The translations under genes and the position numbers were made by a program. A stretch of 63,746 nt of DNA from Octopus bimaculoides (Eukaryota), in assembly GCF_001194135.2 (NCBI RefSeq), contig NC_068996.1:50678736-50742481 (forward strand), read 5' to 3'. Under the pieces are notes generated by a model that did not search any database, was not told the origin of the DNA, and saw nothing but the letters and a program-made list of their open reading frames with translations. This document shows, in pieces, positions 25,771 through 38,879 of this stretch (the first letter of the stretch is position 1; each line of letters opens with the position of its first letter).

Positions 25771-26342
25771 GTCGTCATCATCATCAGGTCCAGCTTTCTC
25801 AGACACTTTTTACCTGCACACACCATCAATCTCAGTCCTGCATTAGTTGAGGGAGGTCTTTGCAGAGCCATTCAATGTCTCTACTGAGTTGATCAACATA
25901 CATATGTTCAAATGACCTGCTTGAGTATAGCCACGCTTTGGCATCCACTGCAGTAGATCAATAACCAGCTTTCGTTTAGCTCTTTAGTCATGTTCTGCAA
26001 AGCACAAGTGCCTTCTCTATATAATGGTGAAAACAAGTAGATCTTCATACAGCTATTTCATGGTGGGATCTAAGACTGCTCTTAACATTTGGGTGTAAGT
26101 TCCATCTAGCTTCAGAGTCGAGAATTAGCTGCGCATGATATCATGCTACTTGTGTTAATCTATGTAAAACGAAGTTCATTGCTCACAATCAACAAGGATC
26201 CATCACCAACATCAGCAGAGATCCCATCAATCAAGTTGATGATCTCATGTACCTTGGTACTGAGATAGCTTCAACTGAATGTGATGTAAAAACTTGGACA
26301 GCTAAAGTATGGTCAACCCTAAACAAATTGGATGTTGTCTGG
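25771..26342. mobile_element. RTE-clade LINE relic with an inverted 5' segment (3' end on minus 25771-26089; RT segment on plus about 26095-26342)
   Basis: Minus strand: MLRAVLD...RRHLCFAEH...LLQWMPKRG, ending in a (GAT)n tail. Plus strand: CVNLCKTKFIAHNQQGSITNISRDPINQVDDLMYLGTEIASTECDVKTWTAKVWSTLNKLDVVW, which carries the RTE post-RT YLG motif. Confidence 0.8.
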
Positions 26343-27949
26343 TGTTGGTGTGTTTTATATTCCTGTAAATTAGTGATTTGGTAAAAGAGACCAATAGAAC
26401 AATAGAATAATAAAAAAAAGTACTGGGGCCAATTCACTTGACTAGAAATTCTTCAAAGCAGTGGTTGCACTATAATTACCAAAACAATTAAAAGGTAAGA
26501 AAAAAATTCCATTTTAAAACACCCTTTCAGACAACCTTAAGAGGAATTTTTCTGTGCTGTAGTCAATCCTTTTATATAAAGTAACAGTCTGGATGCTTAT
26601 CAAAAATCTAGAATCCAAGCTAGATGGAACTTGGTTATAGTAAATAGTAATAGAGATGAAGAAGCCAGCTGGGAATAGAATTACTTGTCTAGTCAACACT
26701 CAAGCCAATGTACTACCAGCTGTTCGCTGCTTGTTAGTCTCTTAGAATTTACAACCACGTAATTTTACTATAGTACAACTATACCTCATTTTTACTATAT
26801 CGATCACAGAATATTGAATAATGGTCAAGGTTAACACCTTAGCAACCTTTATACTAATTTACATTACATATTCTTATTTATTACATGTATTTTTAACATA
26901 AAATATTTAATAGGTTTACTAATTGCACCAAGAGAATTTGACATTACTTTCAAATAATTATATATGATTTATTTCAAATGTCTTTAGTGTGACCCTAATC
27001 TCCTAACAGTTTGTAGAAGTTCATTATTGTGTCTATTGTTCCATTGTATTTTAAGCACTTATGGTGAGGAAATACTTGATAAAGTTTTATCTAGGTTAAT
27101 AACTGATGCTGAAAGTAAAAGCTAAGAGGTTTTGGGAGTCTAAAAGTAGCCACATTAATTCATTAACAATGAAGTGGTTAATTTTTTTGTTGACCAAGTT
27201 TGTCTGTTTGTTGACCTTAGCAGGCAGACCGACTTACTGCTAAAGATGTCTAACTTTTTTGTGTCTTTTCAGACTGCATTATCTAATATGATCTTTTTTG
27301 AATATATGAGGGGAATTTGGCTGCTATGTTGAGCATGTCTAGAGATTTAGTTATAGCTAAATGTTTATGAACATTGTTGAGAATATCTTTTGACCACTCT
27401 TGTTAGAGATAGTTTGGGTATTTTATTGTGATCCGTAGCTATAACATAACACATTTGTAGTAATTTTTTTTGTCTTGTATAAAAGAAAACCTTGGCCTTG
27501 AGGGTGCAGTGTTCTAATCTGAGTTGGTGGATTCTAGTTTGCTGAGTAGCATCTGGCTATTTTTTGTATAATTCTATTTCTGTTGTTATTGTAGCAGTCT
27601 GGTACAAGATAACTCAAATTTGAATTTACTAATAACTACCTTAAAAGCTACACTCCGTGTGGACTTTTAAGCTAGCTCCTGTTGGTGGACTAATTAAGCC
27701 TGTGGCTCAAAACTAAGAGCTAAATAACAATACTAGAACATATCTATAATGACTTTATGCTCTGGTGGTGTTTTATTGGAGGTTAAGGACGGATGAGAAT
27801 TAATTCTGTAATGCAATCATTCTTTTATTGTTCCAGTCCCAAGTTGTATTCCAGCTGTTGGCTAATTTGTCCTAAAGTTCTTATCTCAACGAAGTGAATG
27901 TCATTTGTTTCCCCCCCCCCCCACCACCACCACGTCACCAAAATGGCAT

Positions 27950-28140
27950 GAACCAATGGCAACCCAAATGCTTTTTAAATCAGATCCCAATACTGGATGT
28001 TCAAGAATCAAATGAAGGCCAAATTTTTGATCCCAGGATCATCCTGATTCCAAAAAGGTATAATATGTCTATGTAGAGCAAATGTAGGCCGAGATACAGG
28101 GATCCCGGATGGACAGATGGAATTTTGCTTTTATTATTAC
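27950..28140 (-). mobile_element. Helitron-like 5' fragment
   Basis: The minus strand starts ctgtaataataaaagcaaaattccatctgtccatccggga, the same architecture as the element at 2424. Confidence 0.35.
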
Positions 28141-28713
28141 AGGTAACTCCTGACCAGTGTTTAAATTGGGGACAATTTATTTTTGTTTTGTGTTTTGTGT
28201 TGGCTGAATCAGTTGCAGACCAGATACAAAATGCTTAGTAGTATTTCTTCTTTTGTTCTGTGTTGATATTTCACTGAGGTTGACTTTGCCTTTTGTCCCT
28301 TGAGGGTTGATAAAATAGGTACCAGTCGAGCACTCATAATCAACTAGCCCCCCTCCCCCACAAAATTCCAGTCCTTGTGCCTGTAATAGAAAGGATTATT
28401 TCAGATGAGACAGTTGTTCAGCCTCAGGTCAGCCCTGAGCAAGCTGATCTATGATTGAAGGCATTCCAACCATGGCTATTACGTTTAATTTTCAAGGAAT
28501 GTGTTATCCAATGTGACCTTTTTTGTTTTTAGCTGTCATTTAAAGGTAATTTGGTTGCTACATAGAAGCTCCTTTGTTGGCTCATATGAGAGACAATGTT
28601 TTAGAATGGTGCAGGTATGACTATGTTGTAAGAAGTTTGCTTCTCTTATAGCCTCAGGCCAACCAAGGCTTGTGAGTAATTTTTAAGATGGAAACTGAAA
28701 GAAGCCTATCATG

Positions 28714-28744
<31 letters not shown>

Positions 28745-28969
28745 CTTTGTTTGTCTCTCACCATAGCTTGACAACTGTTGTTGGTTTGTTTCATTATCAT
28801 CATCTGGTCAAGCTTACTTGGATATTTGTAACCAGCACACCTCATCCATCTCAGTCTTGTCGTAGCTGAGGAAGGTCTTTGGGGAGGCGTCCGGTGTCTC
28901 TGATTTGTTTACCTCCCTGTAACTTAGTGATTCAGCAAAAGAGACTGATAGAATAAGTACTAGGTTTAA

Positions 28970-29240
28970 CCCTTTAGCATTCAGATAATTCTGTCAAGTG
29001 TAATTCATGTGCTTTGCATTAATTATGCATTATTTGTAGCTTTGAGATTTTGACCACAGTACAATGACCAAAACAAGCCAAAAAAAAAAATAATAAAAGA
29101 TAGTTTTTCAGAGCTTTGTTAATGTGTCTACATGATTGTATGTAAAGATCTTTAGAATTACATTGTAAGGTATGTGTGAGAGGCCAGATCAGGCCAGTTT
29201 AAGCATAAAACAAGTAGAATATTTCGGCTGGATATGGCTG
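28970..29240. mobile_element. piggyBac-type MITE family P1 nested in a family B SINE tail
   Basis: ttaa|ccctttagcattcaga ... gtttaaatgctaaac. The family B tail resumes at about 29270. Confidence 0.7.
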
Positions 29241-29769
29241 GTTTAAATGCTAAACAGTGAAAAAGAAAAAAGTACTGGGGTTGATTTATTTGACTGAAGC
29301 TTCAATGCAGTGCTCCAGCATGACCACAGTACAATGGCTGAAACAAGTAAAATAAAATATATATATATATAAATAAAAGATAGTTCTTCAGAGCCTTGTT
29401 TACGTGTCTACATGAGATTGTATGTGATTTAGAGATTTCTAGAATGGTGAAAATTGAAAAATACTGCAGTGTTGCAGTAAAGTGAAAAAATTCTTTGTTG
29501 TTGTCAGTGATGTATGACTATTATTTCATAGAAATATTTTTATTTTTTATGTTAATTTTTTTTTTTTGGAATTTACAAAATGGTTGGTTAAACAGATAAT
29601 GGAATGAATACTTGGACAAGTCACTGTACGGTATGCATGGTTGTAATAGTTCAATAGCGGGGTTTTTTTTCTCTTTTTTTTTTTTTGGTGCTCATTTTGT
29701 ATAGTAAGATTATATACATGGGGTAAAGTTATACAGGAGGTAAGATTATAGATGGGGTAAGGTTATAGA

Positions 29770-30060
29770 GGGTATTTGGTTGTAAAGTTAAGAGTTTGAT
29801 TCCAGGCAGTGCCTTGTGTCCTTGAGCAAGACACTTTGTCATGTTGCTCCAGTGCACTCATCTGGCAAAAATGAGTAGTACCTGTATTTCAAAGGGCCAG
29901 CCTTGTCATATTCTGTGTTCTGTTGAATCTCCCTGAGAACTATGTTAAGAGTAAGTGTGTCTGTGGAGTGCTCAGCCACTTGCAAGTTAATTTCATGAGC
30001 GGGATGTTCTGTTGATTGGATCAACTGGAACCCTTGTCATCTTAACTGATGGAGTCCTAG
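29770..30060 (+). mobile_element. SINE family E (tRNA-like head, gtgtccttgagcaagacacttt central motif)
   Basis: B-box-like gagtttgattcc at about 29792. The central motif resembles the conserved domains of V/CORE-related SINE superfamilies. Confidence 0.6.
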
Positions 30061-30119
30061 TACAGTCACTGAAAAAAGCTTCATTGATATAACTTGGAAT
30101 TGTTAATAATCGAGATAAA

Positions 30120-30308
30120 GGTGGCGAGCTGGCAGAATCATTAGCAGCATCTTGTCCATCTTTACGTTCTGAGTTCAAATTCTACTGAGGTCAACTTTAC
30201 CTTTCATCCTTTCGAGGTTGATGTACCAGTTGGACTCTGGGGTTGATATAATCAACTTACACGCTCCCTCAAAATTACTAGGCTTGTGCTAAAATTTGAA
30301 ACCATTAA
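30120..30308 (+). mobile_element. SINE family A
   Basis: ggtggcgagctggcagaatcattagc ... gaggtcaactttacctttcatcctttcgagg. Confidence 0.8.
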
Positions 30309-30480
30309 TAGTTAAAATAAAATCAAGATTTGAATGTTGGTTCAATATGTTTGGTTTTTCTGATGTGAGTTTTCACTGCCAACAACATCACTAACATTAT
30401 TTGAGGTGAAATCTAAATGAGCCATGCTGTTGGATTTGGTTAAAATTTAATGCTATATACCTTTAGATATTTTCTTATCC

Positions 30481-30690
30481 TTTCTATTATAGGCACAAGG
30501 CCTGAAGTTTTGGAGGAGGGGACTAGTCGATTACATCGACCCCAGAATTTCACTGGTACTTAATGTATTGACTCTGAAAGGATGAAAGGCAAAGTCGACC
30601 TCGGTAGAATTTGAACTCAGAACACAACGGCAGATGAAATACTGCTAAGCATTTCGCCCGGCGTGCTAATGGTTCTGCCTGATCACCACC
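30481..30690 (-). mobile_element. SINE family A, inverted relative to 30120-30308
   Basis: ggcacaaggcctgaa...gaaaggatgaaaggcaaagtcgacctcggtagaatttgaactcagaac...gtgctaatggttctgcc. Confidence 0.8.
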
Positions 30691-32041
30691 AAATATTTTC
30701 TTATAATGAAAAATGAAAGCACATTTCTTATTTGCATTGGCAGAATTGATAACAAATGCAATATTTACATGGGTATGGCTGTATGGTTAAGATCATTTTG
30801 CAACCATGTGGTTTCAGGTTCAGTCCCACTGAACAGCACCTTGGGCAAGTGCCTTCTACTATAGCCCTGAGCTGACCAATGCCTTGCAAGTTAATTTGGT
30901 AGAAAGAAACTGTGTCGAAGCCTGTTATAAATATATGTATATGTGTGTTTATGTTTGTCTCCCCCACTACTTGACAACCAGTGTTGGTTTGTTTTTGTCC
31001 CTGTAACTTAGTTCAACAAAAGCATTTGATAAATAAGTACCAGACTTTTTAAAAAAAATGTACTAGGGTAGGTTTGTTTGGTTAAATCCTTCAAGGCTGT
31101 ATCTCAGCATAGTCTCAGACTGAAGAAAGTACAAGAAAAAAGATAAAATGAAGTCAGTACTTCAATACTAAAAGAACAGTCTAATTTTGAATTCTTTGAG
31201 GATGGGATTTGGCCTGAAAATCAGTTTACTGGAAGGTGGTAGAAATTTAAATATAAGAGAAGGGACTTGGAGGAAGAACTTATGATTCCATGAAAAGAAA
31301 TAATGTTAACGACATTCAATTAATGAAGCTTTAAATCTTTTTTTAAATTTTTTTTTTTAAACTTAGGCAGGAAGTATGAGATTTTTAGAGGAAAGGAAAT
31401 GAGATTCTGAGGTCTTTGTGATTTTGTTTTTTCATTGAAAAAGTAAAAACAATTTACATGTTTAAAATAACTGTCAAATGCATATCTGATATAAGCAGAA
31501 AATGTTTTGTGGTTTGTGTATGTTTTCATATTTTCTGGAAATTTGATCTTGTGAAATAGGTCTAGTCACACCACACTCTTTGAGAGAAATATACTCAAGC
31601 ACAGAGTTGAAGATTTTTATCTCTCTTGCATGGGGTAACTATTTTTGTTTCTTGGTGCATTGGAAATCTTCCACATTTTTTTTTCTTTTCAGCTCAAGGG
31701 TTCTTTCTAGAGTTGGTACAAAAAGTCTCCAATTAATGTACACCAATTAAATGTATAAAGTCCAGTCGTAACAGATTGGAATTCTAAAGGGTTATAAATA
31801 AATTAAACAAATAAAAATAAAGGAGTGGGGATGTTATTGCTTCGTAAAAAAGATGTTAAAATTAATGAGATATACTTCGGGGCTGGTGGTGGTTGAAGGT
31901 GAGGGGTGGGTGGGTGTTATTTCTATCTTTCATAAAAGATATGCACCAGTGTTTTAAATGAAATTAGATAGCATGCTTAATGGTAAGAAAAATGAGCAAG
32001 GAAATTTTAGCAGGAACTAGCTAAGTGGCATAAGACAAAGT

Positions 32042-32085
<44 letters not shown>

Positions 32086-35049
32086 TGTTTAGGTCAGGGG
32101 TCTCCAAAGGGGTTGATAAATGCACATCTTTATTTTCTTGTACATGCCTGGGGTTGATAAGGGACCAAGGATTCCCTGGTTTAGATATTATCTGGACTAC
32201 TTGATTTGGTAGGCATCTTGGAAGGGCATCAATTTGAGAAAACAAAAATACTAAATACAAATATGCAATGAATTTGATTACAAAAAGGACTGGTATCATG
32301 GATACATATATCCTGTCATATCTTAGATGTGTGTGTTTGTGTTGCATGTATGTATGTGCATATGCATGTGTGTGTACATGTAAATGTGTCGATATATATA
32401 TATGTGTATGTGTAGGTAAATGTTACATAGGCCAGAATTGTGAAGTTTAAAATAAATAGTGTTGCAAATAATGCATTTTTTTCCCTTATCCGTAACACAA
32501 TAGGGGTGGTTTAAGAAGTTCGTTTTGTAATCATCTTCCTGGGTTCAGTCTCACTACATACTACTCCTGAAGTGTCTTCTATGATAGTTTTGGGTTTACC
32601 CAATCCTTATGTAATGGAATTGGATAGATGGAAATCCTTTTGGGTTGATTATCTTATTCTTGAGTTACAGACTTGATATATAGCTTGGATGATCACCATT
32701 GATCACTGCCACCACCATCATTAGAAGTCACCATCATCCTACCACCACCTTTGCTGCCCACCATTACCTCCACCACCATGCCATCACCTCCACCACCACC
32801 TCTAAAACCACATCATCATCACCACTGCCAAAACCACCACTATCTGACCTTGGATGCTTTTAATGGAGTCCATTTGCAAGAATTTGAAGCAAGAAATCTG
32901 GTCTGAGGATAACAGTAACTTGATGTGTTTGGTTATGACTTATGTATTGTAGGTTTCCCCACACTCATCTGCTGAAGGTCATGGATTCTTCCTTACCTCC
33001 TCCTGATTAGGCTATAAAACATGAATTCTGTATAATGTTGACCATGCATTTGCATGTATGTATAGCCCTGGGTTCTTTTTTCCTTTGAGATGGATTTACA
33101 GTTTCCCATGCATGCAAGTCTCGTATCACCACCGCCACCACCGATTATTTAAGGAAAAGGTCTCTGACTTGGACCTATGCAGCTGGGTGTTGATATCATA
33201 GCAGCTGTTGCTATCAAACTATGGAGAGCTGGAACAGATACCACAAGGTATCTTGCAAGATCTTCACATTGTTCCACTAACCCTGGATTGGAAATTTGTT
33301 TTGTATTGATCCCGAAAGGATGAGAAACATAGTTGACCTCTGCAGAACATGAACTCAGTGCAGAGAGTTGTAACAAACGAGGCAAAGCATCTTCTTGAGA
33401 TCTAACAGTTCCACCATCCCCGGATTGGTACTTTTTTTTTCTTTTTTTAATGACTCTGGAAAAAGGAAAGACAAATTTGACCTCTGTAGAATTTGAACTC
33501 ATTGTGCAGGGAGTCGGAACAAATACAGTAAGGTATTCTATCCATTGCTCTAACAATTCTGCCAAATTGCTGCCTTTGTATGTTTAGTGAGAATGTTTGG
33601 AAATATTTCTTTTTCATCAACATTAATAGTAAATAGTAGTAGAACAGGTTTAGTCTGTAGCTGGTTCAGTATTAATTATGGAGCCAAAAATGACTTTTGA
33701 TGAAATGTGGGATAGCTTTTTGTGTACAAGTTTGTTTTTTTTGCCTTTTACATATGTGTATAAAAAGCTTTTGCTGCTGTTAAATAATTCAGTGCTGTTG
33801 CCGTCCAGCTGCTGGTGGTCAGTTCTGATCTATTAGACAAACAGTTGAAAACATTCCAGCTGAGATCATTTTTGTCTAGGACTTCATGCTTATTAGCAGA
33901 GCACCTCTGACCATATGTCTGCTGGATCATGGCTGACCAATGGTGAAACAACAACAGTTGCACGTTACTGTTGTTCTTTTCTTATACAAAATAATCTGCA
34001 GTTGTAGTTACAATATATTCATTTTGTCGGTCAACTTGTTGGACAGTAATTGAAAGAAGCTTAGTTAAACAAGCTTGCTTTGCTATTTGATTTCTGACAT
34101 GTTCGCTTGAATAAGACAGGATCTTATAGTCAAATATATACATATTTTATTTAACTAGTTGTTCTATTATATATCACATTTTCTTTGTGTTAGCAATTGA
34201 GATCTGAAATAAGGTGCTACTTGATATCTATCTAGCTGTGTTAAGATGTAAATAAAGATTTGCTCAAAGGAGAACTGAAATATGCAATTAAACTCTCATT
34301 ACTTAGTGTTAGTTGACTACTACCTTCACAACATTTCCATTGCATCTATGTTTATGTTCACATGACCTTGTAAATAAGTGTTTGTACATGCAGTAGTCTT
34401 ACTGTTTTATTAAATGTATCTGATGTCATCATCATCATCATCACATCGTTTAATGTTTGTTTTCCATGCTGGCATGGATTGGACTATTTGACAGGAGCTG
34501 GCAAGTCAGAAGACTATGCCAATATCCACTACTTGCCTTGGCATGGTGTCCATGGCTGGATGCTCTTCTTAATGTCAGCTATTTTACACTGTGTAACTGG
34601 GTGATTTTTCTGTGGCACCAGCACCAGTGAGGTCACCAAGTAACTTGCAAAACAAAGACCCCCTCGATTGAGAGGAGGTGGCTTTGTGCCAGGGGATGAA
34701 AAGTTAAAGTATGATAGAGGACCAGAAACAGGTGTCGTTCTGTAGAGAAGATATATGACTACCCCAGGCAGAAAGGAGAGGAGAGAGAGAAAAGATGGTG
34801 GTGAAGATATGTCAGGGCATACACTCAAGGCACAGGTAATGTCTGGGTATGCCTTGCAAATTATAGCAGTTGGAGTTCAACTTGAGAAATTCCAACAGTG
34901 CTGTTTTTCATGTTTTACTTTGACCTCACTGCATTGTGAATATTAAGACATTTGTCAATGTTAGGGAAATTCTACCTTGGCTTACATGAAAAAGCTACAT
35001 ATTCTAAAAACAAATTTAAGAGAGAAAAAAAAAGTCAGAAAATTGTTGT

Positions 35050-35402
35050 GCTTTGTGTCTCTCTTGTTTTCAGTCATTGAACTGTGGCCATACTGGGGCA
35101 CCACCTTGAAGGGTTTAATCAAACAAATCAACTTCTTTGCTTTTTTTGAAGTCTGGTACTTTATCAGTCTCCTTTGCTGAACCACTAGGTTATGAGGATG
35201 CAAACAAACCAACTCCAGTTAAGTAATGGAGAGACAGGGAGATATAGACACAAACAGGTCTATCTCTATGGTTGGCTTCCACACAGTATCTATCTAATTC
35301 AATAACAGGGCCTAAGTTGGCCCAGGGCTATAGTAGAAGACATGCCCAAAGCTGTGCTATGGAACTGAACTAGAAACCACATGACTGTTAAGGAAGCTTC
35401 TT
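35050..35402 (-). mobile_element. SINE family B
   Basis: Reverse complement of the family B tail and head. Confidence 0.7.
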
Positions 35403-36319
35403 GATTTTTTTTTTCTTATACAAAGCACATCAAATACCATTTAATATTTTCTCTTGTTGTACAGATAGAAATGGTAATGTGCTTGTAAGGACAGCAGAAA
35501 CAGTGGTAGTGTCTGAATTGGATGTCATTGGCAATTCTGCAAAGTCAAGGATGGTTGTCCAAATTTATTTATTGTAAACCTCCATTTAATAAAATAGACT
35601 GCTGCATTTACAAACATGGAGGTTTACATAATCACATGGATATGGTCATGGATATGATCATGGATATATCAATGTGGAATCCACCTATCCAATTGCTAAC
35701 TGTTTCATTTTTTTTTTTTTTACACTTACATTCATTATTGAGATATTCTGTTTGCTCTGGGTTGAAGTATTGGACTCCATTGTACATGATCCATTTGCAC
35801 CTATTGGTTATTCACTAATGACCCCTACTCATAGGCATTGGTGCAACACTTCAAATTTACTTTTGAGTATTAAGTCTTTGAGCTACTTCCATTGTCCTTA
35901 TCATCTATGCTTCCTTACTTTGAAGTAAAATAGTTAATTGGACAACCAGTGACCTGATCAGCCCCAGTATGTGAAGCTTTATGTTTTGTTCTCAGCCAAA
36001 GTCCTATTAGATCTAAGTGCCTTGTCTTTTAAGGAATAAATTACTTTTTTGCTTTCTGAAATGTTGTCCGTCATTGACTTTTGTATGATGTTGATAGAGG
36101 TATGTTTTGTGCCCTCTTTAGAGCTGAATCGTACCCCAGGACCATAGATTGCTTTAGTCATGCTGAAGAGACCCTGTGGCTTGCATGCTAGCCAGTTACT
36201 CTATTTATGTTCTTTGGTTTGTCACATTTTTGTTGCCTTATTTCTTTTGAAATGCACTTTGTTTCAATCAGTTTTAAAAATAATGAATAGTTTAATAAAA
36301 TAACTTTGTTCTTTCATGT

Positions 36320-36565
36320 GGTGGTGCCACTTAAAACGCATTCGTGCCAGTGCTGCGTAAAGGCACCTGTGCCAGTGGCACATAAAAAGCACCCAGCACA
36401 CCCTGTAAAGTGGTTGACATCAGGAAGGGCAGCATCCAGCCATAGAAACCAAACCACAACAAATAGTTGGAGCCTGGACAGGTCCTGCTAGCCAGCTCCA
36501 TGTCAAAATGTCCAGCTCATGCCAGCATGGAAAGCAGACGTTAAACGATGATGATAATGATGATA
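36320..36565 (+). mobile_element. SINE family C
   Basis: gtggcacataaaaagcacccagcacaccctgtaaagtggttgacatcaggaagggcagcatccagcc...gcatggaaagcagacgttaaacgatgatga with a (GAT)n tail. Confidence 0.75.
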
Positions 36566-38475
36566 GTTGGTGTTTGGAACAAATTAACATAAAATTTTGA
36601 TGGGGGACTATAATTTAGATCACTTTAAAACAAATAGTGAGTTTCTGTCATAAAACCAGGAACAGTCTCAGGTAGGTTGGTATCAAAAGGGTAAATAGTT
36701 TTTCATTGCATGTATTTGGCCCTGTAGTGTGGCCTTTGTTTGCTGACAAGTTTTCCTATTGCATTCACTATTCTCGTCATTTTGATTGGCACCAAAGACT
36801 GCTCTCTTATTATCAACTACTTAATTTGAGTGTTGTTCTTATCAAGCCAATCTTAGTTTTGTAAAACCCAAGTACCCTTGACAAGCTGTAGATATCTCTG
36901 CTTTTAAAGTGAATCATATCTCGATAGTCACATTGTCACAAGTTAGATGGGTGATAGTTTATCATCTAGACACCGCTGAAGTTACTCTACCTTTACTGGG
37001 TCTGAAAAAGACTTGGTGTTGATTTTCTGTTGACATTGTTATTGTTGTCGGCATCACTTTGCAATAAATTACTTAATACCATGTCAGATAGTATTTGGAG
37101 GTGATCCATTGAGGAGTTATTGACTCCTGTTATTTGCATATAGTTGTGATCATGGGTCTGTTTGATGCCAATACTTTATGACAGAGGCTTCCAAGGAATT
37201 CCTGGTAGCCTCTGTGATAAAGCACTGCCTTTTTTCTTTTTACAGAATAGTGTGCTGGTGACTACTAGTGTATTTATCTATAGCTGTTTTAGCTTCATGT
37301 TAATCCTGATTGAGCAGGTCTATAATCAAAAGCATTTCAGCCATGTTTTTGGATACATATCAAGGCATACAATATCCAACATGTCTTTTAAGATGTTAAG
37401 GTGTGATTTGAGGAAGATTCAGTCGCTATTTCTGGTGGGGTCCAATGACCATATAGAGAGGCCTTTCACTAAGCTTGTTGTACCTGTGAGGTGTCTGTGA
37501 ATTTTCATTTCCAAATTGCTCCTCACCTCAGCTTTTCCAGTGCATCTATCTATTGGGTGCACTTAAAGTTCTGCAAACAAAAAAAGGAAATAAATGAGTA
37601 AGAACAAAGAGGGACCGAGGGACATGTTTGTAGACAGATTTAGCACATGTCAGTTTGGAAAAGTAAACATAAAACAGGAAAATAAAACATAAAAGGTAAT
37701 GATTGTTTAAATAGTTTTGTTGAATTTCTTGGCTTGGAATTTAGAATCTATTAGTATATTTGTTACTTTTTGAAATTGTTTTTGAAAAACTTTTTTTTTT
37801 TTTCCTTTTTTACATTAAATAAAATAACACTGATGGTAGTCGTTGATTGAGCAGGTATATGGCAGAAGGCCATTCTGCTATGTCTGTCCCATCACTTTTT
37901 TTTTTATTATCTCAGATGTATAGTAATTTAGTGCTTTATGCTTCATGCACCAAGATTTCCCATGAGACCTTAGAACCTCTCATAGCATGAGCAGAAGATG
38001 AAAGAGGAGATTTATGGACATCTACCACCCATCTCTACCATTGTTGCTCAGTGCTAGGTAGGCTTTGCTGGCTGCCACTGCTACTGCTGCTGCTCTCATA
38101 TTGGATATTATATTTTGGAAACTTCCAATCCCTAATAGCAGAAAACCACTATCATCAATACATTGATGTTATTGACAGACATATAAAATTAAGGACTTAC
38201 CTAACCTAATGAGGGATAGGTTCCTGGTGTGGCAGTATAAAATCTTAGTGGGTGTATGAAGAGGAATCTAGAACTATATTATCTAACAAGTCTTATTTAA
38301 AAAATTTTAGTGAGATTTCAGGGAAATTTGACTGCTATGTCTAGCAGTTATTTTGACATTTTTATTTGGTTCAGTATTATTATATGAACATAAATGCAGT
38401 TGGTATGATACACACATATATAAAGCTCTTTTTTTGAGTACCTGTTCTATGAACTTTCAACATGAAACTTCCCCA

Positions 38476-38630
38476 AAAACCATCGTCAAGATCCAGAGCA
38501 AATTGCAGAATATCCTCGACTAGCTTATGGAAAATGACTTCCAGACAGATTCCAAATGTGGCAGGAATGCTGGGACCGGTGTATTGCTGCACAAGGTGAC
38601 TATTTCAAAAGAGATGACATTAAAACTTAG
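38476..38630 (+). pseudogene. mariner transposase C-terminal relic
   Basis: KTIVKIQSKLQNILD*LMENDFQT, frameshifted into FQMWQECWDRCIAAQGDYFKRDDIKT*, which matches the mariner terminal W..RW.KC....G.YFE motif. Confidence 0.8.
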
Positions 38631-38879
38631 GTAAATAAGTTATTTTATATTAAACATAACCAGCCTGAGAACCTTTTGGTACCACCTGGTATGGTTAAAA
38701 CCCAAGCTGTACCCTCTTGAAACACATCTGCTTATTATACTTTATTTGATTCTCTGTCTGAAGAATTTCTATGTTTATCTTACATGTACAACTTAGTAAT
38801 TTCTATTAGCAAATGAAACATGTGTGATGGTGAATAAATAGTAACAAAAAAATTTTTCCAACTCTGTTATATGTGTGTA

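Noticed and set aside
32690-32830. (CAC/CAT)n tract that could encode poly-His/Thr/Pro
   Set aside because: Simple trinucleotide low-complexity DNA without splice signals or coding context.
35522-35928. ORFs of 84-98 aa, and a minus-strand candidate exon CKWIMYNGVQYFNPEQTEYLNNE|gtaagt
   Set aside because: No recognisable family, a weak acceptor and no partner exons identified.
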